Positions 27,001-36,800 of a stretch of DNA of 64,000 bases are shown in pieces (position 1 is the first letter of the stretch; each line of letters opens with the position of its first letter). This DNA comes from Gordius albopunctatus. Lineage: Eukaryota. The stretch covers positions 6,882,001-6,946,000 of the forward strand of contig OZ193910.1 in assembly GCA_964276515.1 (NCBI GenBank), read 5' to 3'. The position numbers and the translations under genes are program-made. The notes beneath the pieces are model-generated. The model was given only the letters and a program-made list of their open reading frames with translations, did no database searches and was not told the origin of the DNA.

Positions 27001-30000
27001 CTTTAAAAGTTAGTAAATATTCTTAGAATTTTGTCCTTGTTAGAATCTTGATAGGAATTTTTGCGTTGGCGATGTTTGAGATTGAGAGAAATTAAAATTT
27101 TCGTGTGGCGTTTAGATTGATTCAATATCGCTTTATAAGCGTGTCTCTAGTTTTAGTGAAACAAGCTCTATGCGATCGTGATTTAGAGTTAATAATTTTT
27201 GATGACTGATCAAAAAAATGTTTTTCAAGGAATTCACCTCTTATACCGAAAACTTTCATGAGAACTATATGGTTGAACAAAAAAATTGAAAAAATTTTGA
27301 GGTCGAAAAAAATATTATTTTTCATATTTTTTCGAAAGGGAGATGAAAAAATCTTTAAAAGTTAGTAAATATTCTTAGCATTTTGTCCTTGTTAGAATAT
27401 TGATAGAAATTTATGCGTGGGGGGATGTTTTAGATTGAGAGAAATTAAAATTTAGGTGTTGCGTTTAGATTGATTAAAAATCGCTTTATAAGCGTGTCTC
27501 TAGTTTTAGTGTAACAAGCTCTATGCGATCGTGATTTAGAGTTAATAATTTTTGATGACTGATCAAAAAAATGTTTTTCAAGCAATTCACCTCTTATACC
27601 GAAAACTTTCATGAGAGCTATATGGTTGAACAAAAAAATTGAAAAAATTTTGAGGTCGAAAAAAATATTATTTTTCAAATTCTTTCGAAAGGGAGATGAA
27701 AAAATCTTTAAAAGTTAGTAAATATTCTTAGAATTTTGTCCTTGTTAGAATATTGATAGAAATTTATGCGTGGGGGGATGTTTTAGATTGAGAGAAATTA
27801 AAATTTAGGTGTTGCGTTTATATTGTTTCAATATCGCTTTATAAGCGTGTCTCTAGTTTTAGTGAAACAAGCTCTATGCGATCGTGATTTAGAGTTAATA
27901 ATTTTTGATGACTGATCAAAAAAATGTTTTTCAAGCAATTCACCTGTTATACCGAAAACTTTCATGAGAGCTATATGGTTGAACAAAAAAATTGAAAAAA
28001 TTTTGAGGTCGAAAAAAATATTATTTTTCAAATTCTTTCGAAAGGGAGATGAAAAAATCTTTAAAAGTTAGTAAATATTCTTAGAATTTTGTCCTTGTTA
28101 GAATCTTGATAGGAATTTATGCGTGGGGGGATGTTTGAGATTGAGAGAAATTAAAATTTTCGTGTTGCGTTTATATTGTTTCAATATCGCTTTATAAGCG
28201 TGTCTCTAGTTTTAGTGTAACAAGCTCTATGCGATCGTGATTTAGAGTTCATAATTTTTGATGACTGATCAAAAAAATGTTTTTCAAGCAATTCACCTCT
28301 TATACCGAAAACTTTCATGAGAGCTATATGGTTGAACAAAAAAATTGAAAAAATTTTGAGGTCGAAAAAAATATTATTTTTCAAATTCTTTCGAAAGGGA
28401 GATGAAAAAATCTTTAAAAGTTAGTAAATATTCTTAGAATTTTGTCCTTGTTAGAATCTTGATAGGAATTTTTGCGTTGGCGATGTTTGAGATTGAGAGA
28501 AATTAAAATTTTCGTGTGGCGTTTAGATTGATTCAATATCGCTTTATAAGCGTGTCTCTAGTTTTAGTGAAACAAGCTCTATGCGATCGTGATTTAGAGT
28601 TAATAATTTTTGATGACTGATCAAAAAAATGTTTTTCAAGGAATTCACCTCTTATACCGAAAACTTTCATGAGAACTATATGGTTGAACAAAAAAAGTGA
28701 AAAAATTTTGAGGTCGAAAAAAATATTATTTTTCATATTTTTTCGAAAGGGAGATGAAAAAATCTTTAAAAGTTAGTAAATATTCTTAGCATTTTGTCCT
28801 TGTTAGAATATTGATAGAAATTTATGCGTGGGGGGATGTTTTAGATTGAGAGAAATTAAAATTTAGGTGTTGCGTTTAGATTGATTAAAAATCGCTTTAT
28901 AAGCGTGTCTCTAGTTTTAGTGTAACAAGCTCTATGCGATCGTGATTTAGAGTTAATAATTTTTGATGACTGATCAAAAAAATGTTTTTCAAGCAATTCA
29001 CCTCTTATACCGAAAACTTTCATGAGAGCTATATGGTTGAACAAAAAAATTGAAAAAATTTTGAGGTCGAAAAAAATATTATTTTTCAAATTCTTTCGAA
29101 AGGGAGATGAAAAAATCTTTAAAAGTTAGTAAATATTCTTAGAATTTTGTCCTTGTTAGAATATTGATAGAAATTTATGCGTGGGGGGATGTTTTAGATT
29201 GAGAGAAATTAAAATTTAGGTGTTGCGTTTATATTGTTTCAATATCGCTTTATAAGCGTGTCTCTAGTTTTAGTGAAACAAGCTCTATGCGATCGTGATT
29301 TAGAGTTAATAATTTTTGATGACTGATCAAAAAAATGTTTTTCAAGGAATTCACCTCTTATACCGAAAACTTTCATGAGAACTATATGGTTGAACAAAAA
29401 AATTGAAAAAATTTTGAGGTCGAAAAAAATATTATTTTTCATATTTTTTCGAAAGGGAGATGAAAAAATCTTTAAAAGTTAGTAAATATTCTTAGCATTT
29501 TGTCCTTGTTAGAATATTGATAGAAATTTATGCGTGGGGGGATGTTTTAAATTGAGAGAAATTAAAATTTAGGTGTTGCGTTTATATTGTTTCAATATCG
29601 CTTTATAAGCGTGTCTCTAGTTTTAGTGTAACAAGCTCTATGCGATCGTGATTTAGAGTTAATAATTTTTGATGACTGATCAAAAAAATGTTTTTCAAGC
29701 AATTCACCTCTTATACCGAAAACTTTCATGAGAGCTATATGGTTGAACAAAAAAATTGAAAAAATTTAGAGGTCGAAAAAAATATTATTTTTCAAATTCT
29801 TTCGAAAGGGAGATGAAAAAATCTTTAAAAGTTAGTAAATATTCTTAGAATTTTGTCCTTGTTAGAATATTGATAGAAATTTATGCGTGGGGGGATGTTT
29901 TAGATTGAGAGAAATTAAAATTTAGGTGTTGCGTTTATATTGTTTCAATATCGCTTTATAAGCGTGTCTCTAGTTTTAGTGAAACAAGCTCTATGCGATC

Positions 30001-31110
30001 GTGATTTAGAGTTAATAATTTTTGATGACTGATCAAAAAAATGTTTTTCAAGCAATTCACCTGTTATACCGAAAACTTTCATGAGAGCTATATGGTTGAA
30101 CAAAAAAATTGAAAAAATTTTGAGGTCGAAAAAAATATTATTTTTCAAATTCTTTCGAAAGGGAGATGAAAAAATCTTTAAAAGTTAGTAAATATTCTTA
30201 GAATTTTGTCCTTGTTAGAATCTTGATAGGAATTTATGCGTGGGGGGATGTTTGAGATTGAGAGAAATTAAAATTTTCGTGTTGCGTTTATATTGTTTCA
30301 ATATCGCTTTATAAGCGTGTCTCTAGTTTTAGTGTAACAAGCTCTATGCGATCGTGATTTAGAGTTCATAATTTTTGATGACTGATCAAAAAAATGTTTT
30401 TCAAGCAATTCACCTCTTATACCGAAAACTTTCATGAGAGCTATATGGTTGAACAAAAAAATTGAAAAAATTTTGAGGTCGAAAAAAATATTATTTTTCA
30501 AATTCTTTCGAAAGGGAGATGAAAAAATCTTTAAAAGTTAGTAAATATTCTTAGAATTTTGTCCTTGTTAGAATCTTGATAGGAATTTTTGCGTTGGCGA
30601 TGTTTGAGATTGAGAGAAATTAAAATTTTCGTGTGGCGTTTAGATTGATTCAATATCGCTTTATAAGCGTGTCTCTAGTTTTAGTGAAACAAGCTCTATG
30701 CGATCGTGATTTAGAGTTAATAATTTTTGATGACTGATCAAAAAAATGTTTTTCAAGGAATTCACCTCTTATACCGAAAACTTTCATGAGAACTATATGG
30801 TTGAACAAAAAAATTGAAAAAATTTTGAGGTCGAAAAAAATATTATTTTTCATATTTTTTCGAAAGGGAGATGAAAAAATCTTTAAAAGTTAGTAAATAT
30901 TCTTAGCATTTTGTCCTTGTTAGAATATTGATAGAAATTTATGCGTGGGGGGATGTTTTAGATTGAGAGAAATTAAAATTTAGGTGTTGCGTTTATATTG
31001 TTTCAATATCGCTTTATAAGCGTTTCTCTAGTTTTAGTGTAAAAAGCTCTATGCGATCGTGATTTAGAGTTAATAATTTTTGATGACTGATCAAAAAAAT
31101 GTTTTTCAAG

Positions 31111-31115
<5 letters not shown>
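1..31115. repeat. Tandem satellite array (left arm), ~353-bp AT-rich monomer, about 89 copies
   Basis: The same unit (gctatatggttgaac...gaaaactttcatgaga) recurs head-to-tail. Equivalent ORF-track positions are 353 bp apart (1602, 1955, 2308). Copies differ by a few SNPs and recurrent indels. Hand count of 1-353: G 68, C 35. Confidence 0.99.
24900..31110. repeat. Higher-order repeat block: 4-mer (1411 bp) with 6-mer (2117 bp) variants
   Basis: The diagnostic monomer recurs at 25005, 27122, 28533 and 30650 (spacings 2117, 1411, 2117). The order of marker alleles is kept: gttggcgat, gattaaaaatcg, cacctgtt, gttcataat. Confidence 0.85.

Positions 31116-31144
<29 letters not shown>
31114..31144 (-). 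other. Poly(A) tail of the retrotransposon (31 nt pure run; up to 2 nt may be target-derived)
   Basis: Uninterrupted T31 on the + strand directly after satellite ...gtttttcaagcaa. The satellite consensus continues ttcacctctt. Confidence 0.95.
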
Positions 31145-31145
<1 letters not shown>

Positions 31146-31153
31146 TTAAAAAG

Positions 31154-31159
31154 TTTATT
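31154..31159 (-). promoter_or_regulatory. Putative polyadenylation signal AATAAA of the retrotransposon
   Basis: tttatt on the + strand, 9 nt upstream of the poly(A) tail within the 3' UTR (31145-31213). Confidence 0.65.
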
Positions 31160-31213
31160 TTCAAGAAACAAAGTTACATTAATAAGCGAAATACAAAAAT
31201 AAAGACATATTGG

Positions 31214-33679
31214 TTAAATACAAAGATTTATATCATTCTCTTCTAAAATGGGCCATGAGTCGGCAAATGATTTAAAGTTGTATCGTGCAACAAGAATCCC
31301 TAGTTGTTGCCTGAGTAAAAAGGACGCAGAAATTTTAGATTTCGGGGTGCGTTTTCCGATTTCTTTAAAAAACCCCATTGCCTGTTTTCCAAAGGAACCA
31401 GAGCACGTGGCAACGACAGGGATAAAAATATTGGATGCCAAAAGGGCGGAATACTTTGTAGTTTTACGCCCTTCTTCTGTAGCGATAGGGTCGTAATTAA
31501 AATGGGAAGGTGCAAAAAGGTCAATACAAGTAAAATCCCATTTGAGGGATAGGCCATTTTGCCAGGGGACTAGAGAAGAGCCGTCAGGGCGCATCCTACC
31601 TTCAAGAGAGGGATCTGACGGCTCAAGGATTGAGGGGATTTTGGCCTTTTTAAGGGCAGCTTGAATTAATAAATTAGCTTTAGTGTGCCTAACGTATTTA
31701 TATTTGTTTGCTAGGCAGTGTAGAGGGTGCCTAGCATATTCGTCTACAACGGTAAGGCAGTTTTGACAGTTGAATTCTCTGCTGTAACTAATCCCCAACC
31801 TTAAAGCTATGGAATATGATAGCTCAAAGTCTTCAAGCAGCATTCCCAAAAGTTTGCTGGGATAGGCTTCAAGCCACTCGTGACCGGAACCGTCAAAAGC
31901 GAGGGACCTAAGGTTGTAATGCTGGCTATCATCGCTGCTCGATAAGAGGTAATCAACGGAGCGCGATACTAGTCCAGAATCCCAATCCTTTTGTCTCGTA
32001 CTTTGAGGTTGGATGGTCCCGGGTGTGACATTCAAATTCCAAAGCTCCAAGGCTTGAGTTAGCAGGGGGTCGGAATCATGTTTTATGAGATTAAAAATTA
32101 AGTTTTGGACCGACTTAAAAGAGGAAATAAAAGCGGCTAGCGATATGCTGCCGGGAGGGCGAATTCCTAATCCTCCAGATTTGGTTGGGAGGGATGCTTG
32201 AATCCAATTGTTAGTATTAAATTTTAAATTTAAAATTTTTTCTAATAACGTTTTTAAAAAGCCTTCGTACGACTTTAAAACGTCTAGGTGTAAAAATGCG
32301 CCAGATGAGCGAAAACAATGATTAATCTTTGAGATGTTAAAATAGTTTTTGATTATGTAAAATGAGTGATGCGCTGGTAAGCATTTTAAAAGTTCCGTTT
32401 TAGATTTTAAAATTTCAAGGTTCTTATGAAGAAAATTTAGGAGAGATTTTTCACCGCCAATGGGTGATCCCAAAAGGGATATGTTTTCCTTCTCTAAAAC
32501 TAAAAAAGGTTTAAAAATTGGAAAGTCAATAGTGTTGGGGGCCTGAAAGATTTCACATTTTTTCGAGTTTAATGTAAGATTCAGAGTGGGTTTAAAATTG
32601 TTGATAATTTGTATAGCTTTACTGATCTCCTCCGGGCGACCACATAGGGTGGCGTCGTCGAGATACCAAACATTTAAATCCAGAATACACTGAGATGATA
32701 TAGCCTCGACTAAATTATGAATGGCTAAACAAAACAAAGGAGGACCTAATGGGTCTCCTTGTTGGATGCCTTCGGACGAGTCAACGACGTATTCGCCGAA
32801 TCGAAGCTTGGTTGTAGAACCATAGCTTAATAAAATGTAATTTACGAATTGTGGGAATTCAGCTAAAAAAGTGTTAATAAGGGTTTCTCTTCGAATGCAG
32901 TTAAAAGCATTGGCAAAATCTAATTTAACAAAACAGGACTCGGTGGGAATATTTTGGAGTGTTATCCGGCCAGCATGGCTGGCTGCCTCACATCCGCCTT
33001 TAATTCCGAAGCCGAGTTGATGAGGGCGGAGCTTGGCGGATAAGGAGGGTTTTATGAGTTTGCAGAGGGTTTTTGATATAATACGGCGAAAAAGACTTCC
33101 AATGGCGATGGGTCTAACTGAATTATCCGGTTTTTTGATGGCGATAAGTTTTGCACCGAATAAAATAGGGATGATTTCATGAGGAGATTTTCCGTTAACA
33201 ATGATATTACAAAAGGAAGTAATAGAATTTAAAAGAGGTTCAGTATTTAAATTATTCAGGTTGAGTAAATCTTGTAGATATACTGGGCGCCATCCGTCGA
33301 GTCCGGCTGCGGAGTCCAAAGGAAAGGAGTTAAGGGCTTCACGGATGTCTGAAGACTCGAGCACTATTGATGATGGAGATGTGGGGTATCTACTGGCTGA
33401 TGATGCTGCTGGGTGTTTTTGATTAAGCTCCCTATAAGAGTCAGGGCAACAAGGGGCAATTGAGTTGTTATCATAAAAAGCTCTAAGGGCACTTTTTGGA
33501 TTGAAATTATGGATTTTATTTGAAATGTGCTTGGCTGTTTGGTTAATTGTGGGTTCCAATGGAAAGGGTTTTGTTTTACTTGTGCATGTAATGGGAACAT
33601 CAGTATTAAAACACAGAAGGGATTCCTTGATGAGGCTTGATAAATTATGTTCATTAGGTTCCCTAACATAAAGGATATA
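31214..33679 (-). CDS. Reverse transcriptase / restriction-like endonuclease polyprotein, 5'-partial, at least 821 aa
   Basis: The 781-aa track ORF starts at a TTG (33557-33559). Manual translation shows the frame open for 40 more codons up to the gap (YILYVREPNEHNLSSLIKESLLCFNTDVPITCTSKTKPFP), so the true start is upstream. No internal stops or frameshifts. Stop TAA at 31214-31216. Confidence 0.95.
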   Translation of the reverse strand, partial: YILYVREPNEHNLSSLIKESLLCFNTDVPITCTSKTKPFPLEPTINQTAKHISNKIHNFNPKSALRAFYDNNSIAPCCPDSYRELNQKHPAASSASRYPTSPSSIVLESSDIREALNSFPLDSAAGLDGWRPVYLQDLLNLNNLNTEPLLNSITSFCNIIVNGKSPHEIIPILFGAKLIAIKKPDNSVRPIAIGSLFRRIISKTLCKLIKPSLSAKLRPHQLGFGIKGGCEAASHAGRITLQNIPTESCFVKLDFANAFNCIRRETLINTFLAEFPQFVNYILLSYGSTTKLRFGEYVVDSSEGIQQGDPLGPPLFCLAIHNLVEAISSQCILDLNVWYLDDATLCGRPEEISKAIQIINNFKPTLNLTLNSKKCEIFQAPNTIDFPIFKPFLVLEKENISLLGSPIGGEKSLLNFLHKNLEILKSKTELLKCLPAHHSFYIIKNYFNISKINHCFRSSGAFLHLDVLKSYEGFLKTLLEKILNLKFNTNNWIQASLPTKSGGLGIRPPGSISLAAFISSFKSVQNLIFNLIKHDSDPLLTQALELWNLNVTPGTIQPQSTRQKDWDSGLVSRSVDYLLSSSDDSQHYNLRSLAFDGSGHEWLEAYPSKLLGMLLEDFELSYSIALRLGISYSREFNCQNCLTVVDEYARHPLHCLANKYKYVRHTKANLLIQAALKKAKIPSILEPSDPSLEGRMRPDGSSLVPWQNGLSLKWDFTCIDLFAPSHFNYDPIATEEGRKTTKYSALLASNIFIPVVATCSGSFGKQAMGFFKEIGKRTPKSKISASFLLRQQLGILVARYNFKSFADSWPILEENDINLCI
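31451..31690 (-). other. Restriction-like endonuclease domain (PD-(D/E)xK family)
   Basis: RH (31685-31690), LEP, RPDG (31580-31591), WDFTC (31526-31540) and KTTKY match the RH...E...PD...D...K..KY pattern of R2/NeSL/CRE endonucleases. Confidence 0.9.
31715..31768 (-). other. CCHC zinc knuckle preceding the endonuclease
   Basis: CQNCLTVVDEYARHPLHC = C-X2-C-X9-H-X3-C, in the position typical of RLE-type elements. Confidence 0.88.
32456..33313 (-). other. Non-LTR reverse transcriptase domain
   Basis: Motifs in order: SAAGLDG (region 0), KKPDNSVRPIAI, HQLGF, KLDFANAFN, GIQQGDPLGPPLF, catalytic YLDD (32654-32665), LTLNSKKC, LLGSPIG. Confidence 0.95.
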
Positions 33680-33879
33680 NNNNNNNNNNNNNNNNNNNNN
33701 NNNNNNNNNNNNNNNNNNNNNNNNNNNNNNNNNNNNNNNNNNNNNNNNNNNNNNNNNNNNNNNNNNNNNNNNNNNNNNNNNNNNNNNNNNNNNNNNNNNN
33801 NNNNNNNNNNNNNNNNNNNNNNNNNNNNNNNNNNNNNNNNNNNNNNNNNNNNNNNNNNNNNNNNNNNNNNNNNNNNNNN
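33680..33879. other. Assembly gap, 200 N
   Basis: Exactly 200 N. A round number suggests a fixed-size scaffolding placeholder of unknown true length. Confidence 0.98.
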
Positions 33880-36800
33880 ATGAAAAAATCTTTAAAAGTT
33901 AGTAAATATTCTTAGCATTTTGTCCTTTCTTGATAGGAATTTTTGCGTGGGGGATGTTTGAGATTGAGAGAAATTAAAATTTTCGTGTTGCGTTTATATT
34001 GTTTCAATATCGCTTTATAAGCGTGTCTCTAGTTTTAGTGTAACAAGCTCTATGCGATCGTGATTTAGAGTTAATAATTTTTGATGAATGATCAAAAAAA
34101 TGTTTTTCAAGCAATTCACCTCTTATACCGAAAACTTTCATGAGAGCTATATGGTTGAACAAAAAAATTGAAAAAATTTTGAGGTCGAAAAAAATATTAT
34201 TTTTCAAATTCTTTCGAAAGGGAGATGAAAAAATCTTTAAAAGTTAGTAAATATTCTTAGAATTTTGTCCTTGTTAGAATCTTGATAGGAATTTTTGCGT
34301 TGGCGATGTTTGAGATTGAGAGAAATTAAAATTTTCGTGTTGCGTTTATATTGTTTCAATATCGCTTTATAAGCGTGTCTCTAGTTTTAGTGAAACAAGC
34401 TCTATGCGATCGTGATTTACAGTTAATAATTTTTGATGACTGATCAAAAAAATGTTTTTCAAGGAATTCACCTCTTATACCGAAAACTTTCATGAGAGCT
34501 ATATGGTTGAACAAAAAAATTGAAAAAATTTTGAGGTCGAAAAAATTATTATTTTTTATATTCTTTCGAAAGGGAGATGAAAAAATCTTTAAAAGTTAGT
34601 AAATATTCTTAGCATTTTGTCCTTGTTAGAATCTTGATAGGAATTTATGCGTGGGGGGATGTTTTAGATTGAGAGAAATTAAAATTTTCGTGTTGCGTTT
34701 AGATTGATTCAATATCGCTTTATAAGCGTGTCTCTAGTTTTAGTGAAACAAGCTCTATGCGATCGTGATTTAGAGTTAATAATTTTTGATGACTGATCAA
34801 AAAAATGTTTTTCAAGGAATTCACCTTTTATACCGAAAACTTTCATGAGAACTATATGGTTGAACAAAAAAATTAAAACAATTTTGAGGTCGAAAAAAAT
34901 ATTATTTTTCATATTTTTTCGAAAGGGAGATGAAAAAATCTTTAAAAGTTAGTAAATATTCTTAGCATTTTGTCCTTGTTAGAATATTGATAGAAATTTA
35001 TGCGTGGGGGGATGTTTTAGATTGAGAGAAATTAAAATTTAGGTGTTGCGTTTATATTGTTTCAATATCGCTTTATAAGCGTGTCTCTAGTTTTAGTGTA
35101 ACAAGCTCTATGCGATCGTGATTTAGAGTTAATAATTTTTGATGACTGATCAAAAAAATGTTTTTCAAGGAATTCATCTCTTATACGGAAAACTTTCATG
35201 AGAGCTATATGGTTGAACAAAAAAAATTAAAACAATTTCGAGGTCGAAAAAAATATTATTTTTCATATTCTTTCGAAAGGGAGATGAAAAAATCTTTAAA
35301 AGTTAGTAAATATTCTTAGCATTTTGTCCTTTCTTGATAGGAATTTTTGCGTGGGGGATGTTTGAGATTGAGAGAAATTAAAATTTTCGTGTTGCGTTTA
35401 TATTGTTTCAATATCGCTTTATAAGCGTGTCTCTAGTTTTAGTGAAACAAGCTCTATGCGATCGTGATTTACAGTTAATAATTTTTGATGACTGATCAAA
35501 AAAATGTTTTTCAAGGAATTCACCTCTTATACCGAAAACTTTCATGAGAGCTATATGGTTGAACAAAAAAATTGAAAAAATTTTGAGGTCGAAAAAAATA
35601 TTATTTTTCAAATTCTTTCGAAAGGGAGATGAAAAAATCTTTAAAAGTTAGTAAATATTCTTAGCATTTTGTCCTTTCTTGATAGGAATTTTTGCGTGGG
35701 GGATGTTTGAGATTGATAGAAATTAAAATTTTCGTGTTGCGTTTATATTGTTTCAATATCGCTTTATAAGCGTGTCTCTAGTTTTAGTGAAACAAGCTCT
35801 ATGCGATCGTGATTTACAGTTAATAATTTTTGATGACTGATCAAAAAAATGTTTTTCAAGGAATTCACCTCTTATACCGAAAACTTTCATGAGAGCTATA
35901 TGGTTGAACAAAAAAATTGAAAAAATTTTGAGGTCGAAAAAAATATTATTTTTCAAATTCTTTCGAAAAGGAGATGAAAAAATCTTTAAAAGTTAGTAAA
36001 TATTCTTAGCATTTTGTCCTTTCTTGATAGGAATTTTTGCGTGGGGGATGTTTGAGATTGAGAGAAATTAAAATTTTCGTGTTGCGTTTATATTGTTTCA
36101 ATATCGCTTTATAAGCGTGTCTCTAGTTTTAGTGAAACAAGCTCTATGCGATCGTGATTTACAGTTAATAATTTTTGATGACTGATCAAAAAAATGTTTT
36201 TCAAGGAATTCACCTCTTATACCGAAAACTTTCATGAGAGCTATATGGTTGAACAAAAAAATTGAAAAAATTTTGAGGTCGAAAAAAATATTATTTTTCA
36301 AATTCTTTCGAAAAGGAGATAAAAAAAGAATTTTTGCGTGGGGGATGTTTGAGATTGAGAGAAATTAAAATTTTCGTGTTGCGTTTAGATTGTTTCAATA
36401 TCGCTTTATAAGCGTGTCTCTAGTTTTAGTGAAACAAGCTCTATGCGATGGTGATTCAGAGTTAATAATTTTTGATGACTGATCAAAAAAATGTTTTTCA
36501 AGGAATTCACCTCTTATACCGAAAACTTTCATGAGAACTATATGGTTGAACAAAAAAATTGAAAAAATTTTGAGGTCGAAAAAAATATTATTTTTCATAT
36601 TTTTTCGAAAGGGAGATGAAAAAATCTTTAAAAGTTAGTAAATATTCTTAGCATTTTGTCCTTGTTAGAATATTGATAGAAATTTATGCGTGGGGGGATG
36701 TTTTAGATTGAGAGAAATTAAAATTTAGGTGTTGCGTTTATATTGTTTCAATATCGCTTTATAAGCGTGTCTCTAGTTTTAGTGTAACAAGCTCTATGCG

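Larger units (their letters stand above)
31114..33679 (-). mobile_element. Non-LTR retrotransposon, RLE-type (probably CRE clade), 5' end hidden by the assembly gap
   Basis: Unique sequence breaking a satellite monomer. Single ORF with domain order RT - CCHC - RLE, a 69-nt 3' UTR with AATAAA, and a poly(A) tail joined directly to satellite. The clade call is from motif style (YLDD, PDG...PW..G...WDFTC) and is not phylogenetically tested. Confidence 0.95.

Noticed and set aside
33557..33559. Start codon of the 781-aa ORF
   Set aside because: It is a TTG inside a frame that stays open upstream, so it is not a credible eukaryotic start.
31248..33883. Short ORFs overlapping the element (31248-31496, 31300-31557, 33201-33422, 33364-33669, 33647-33883)
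   Set aside because: Alternative-frame or antisense by-products of the long ORF. The 101-aa ORF is not needed as a frameshifted N-terminus because the main frame is open up to the gap. The last ORF is mostly N.
31100..33900. Target-site duplication, LTRs or terminal inverted repeats
   Set aside because: The 5' junction lies in the gap so no TSD can be assessed. No LTR, TIR, integrase or APE endonuclease motifs are visible in the sequenced part.
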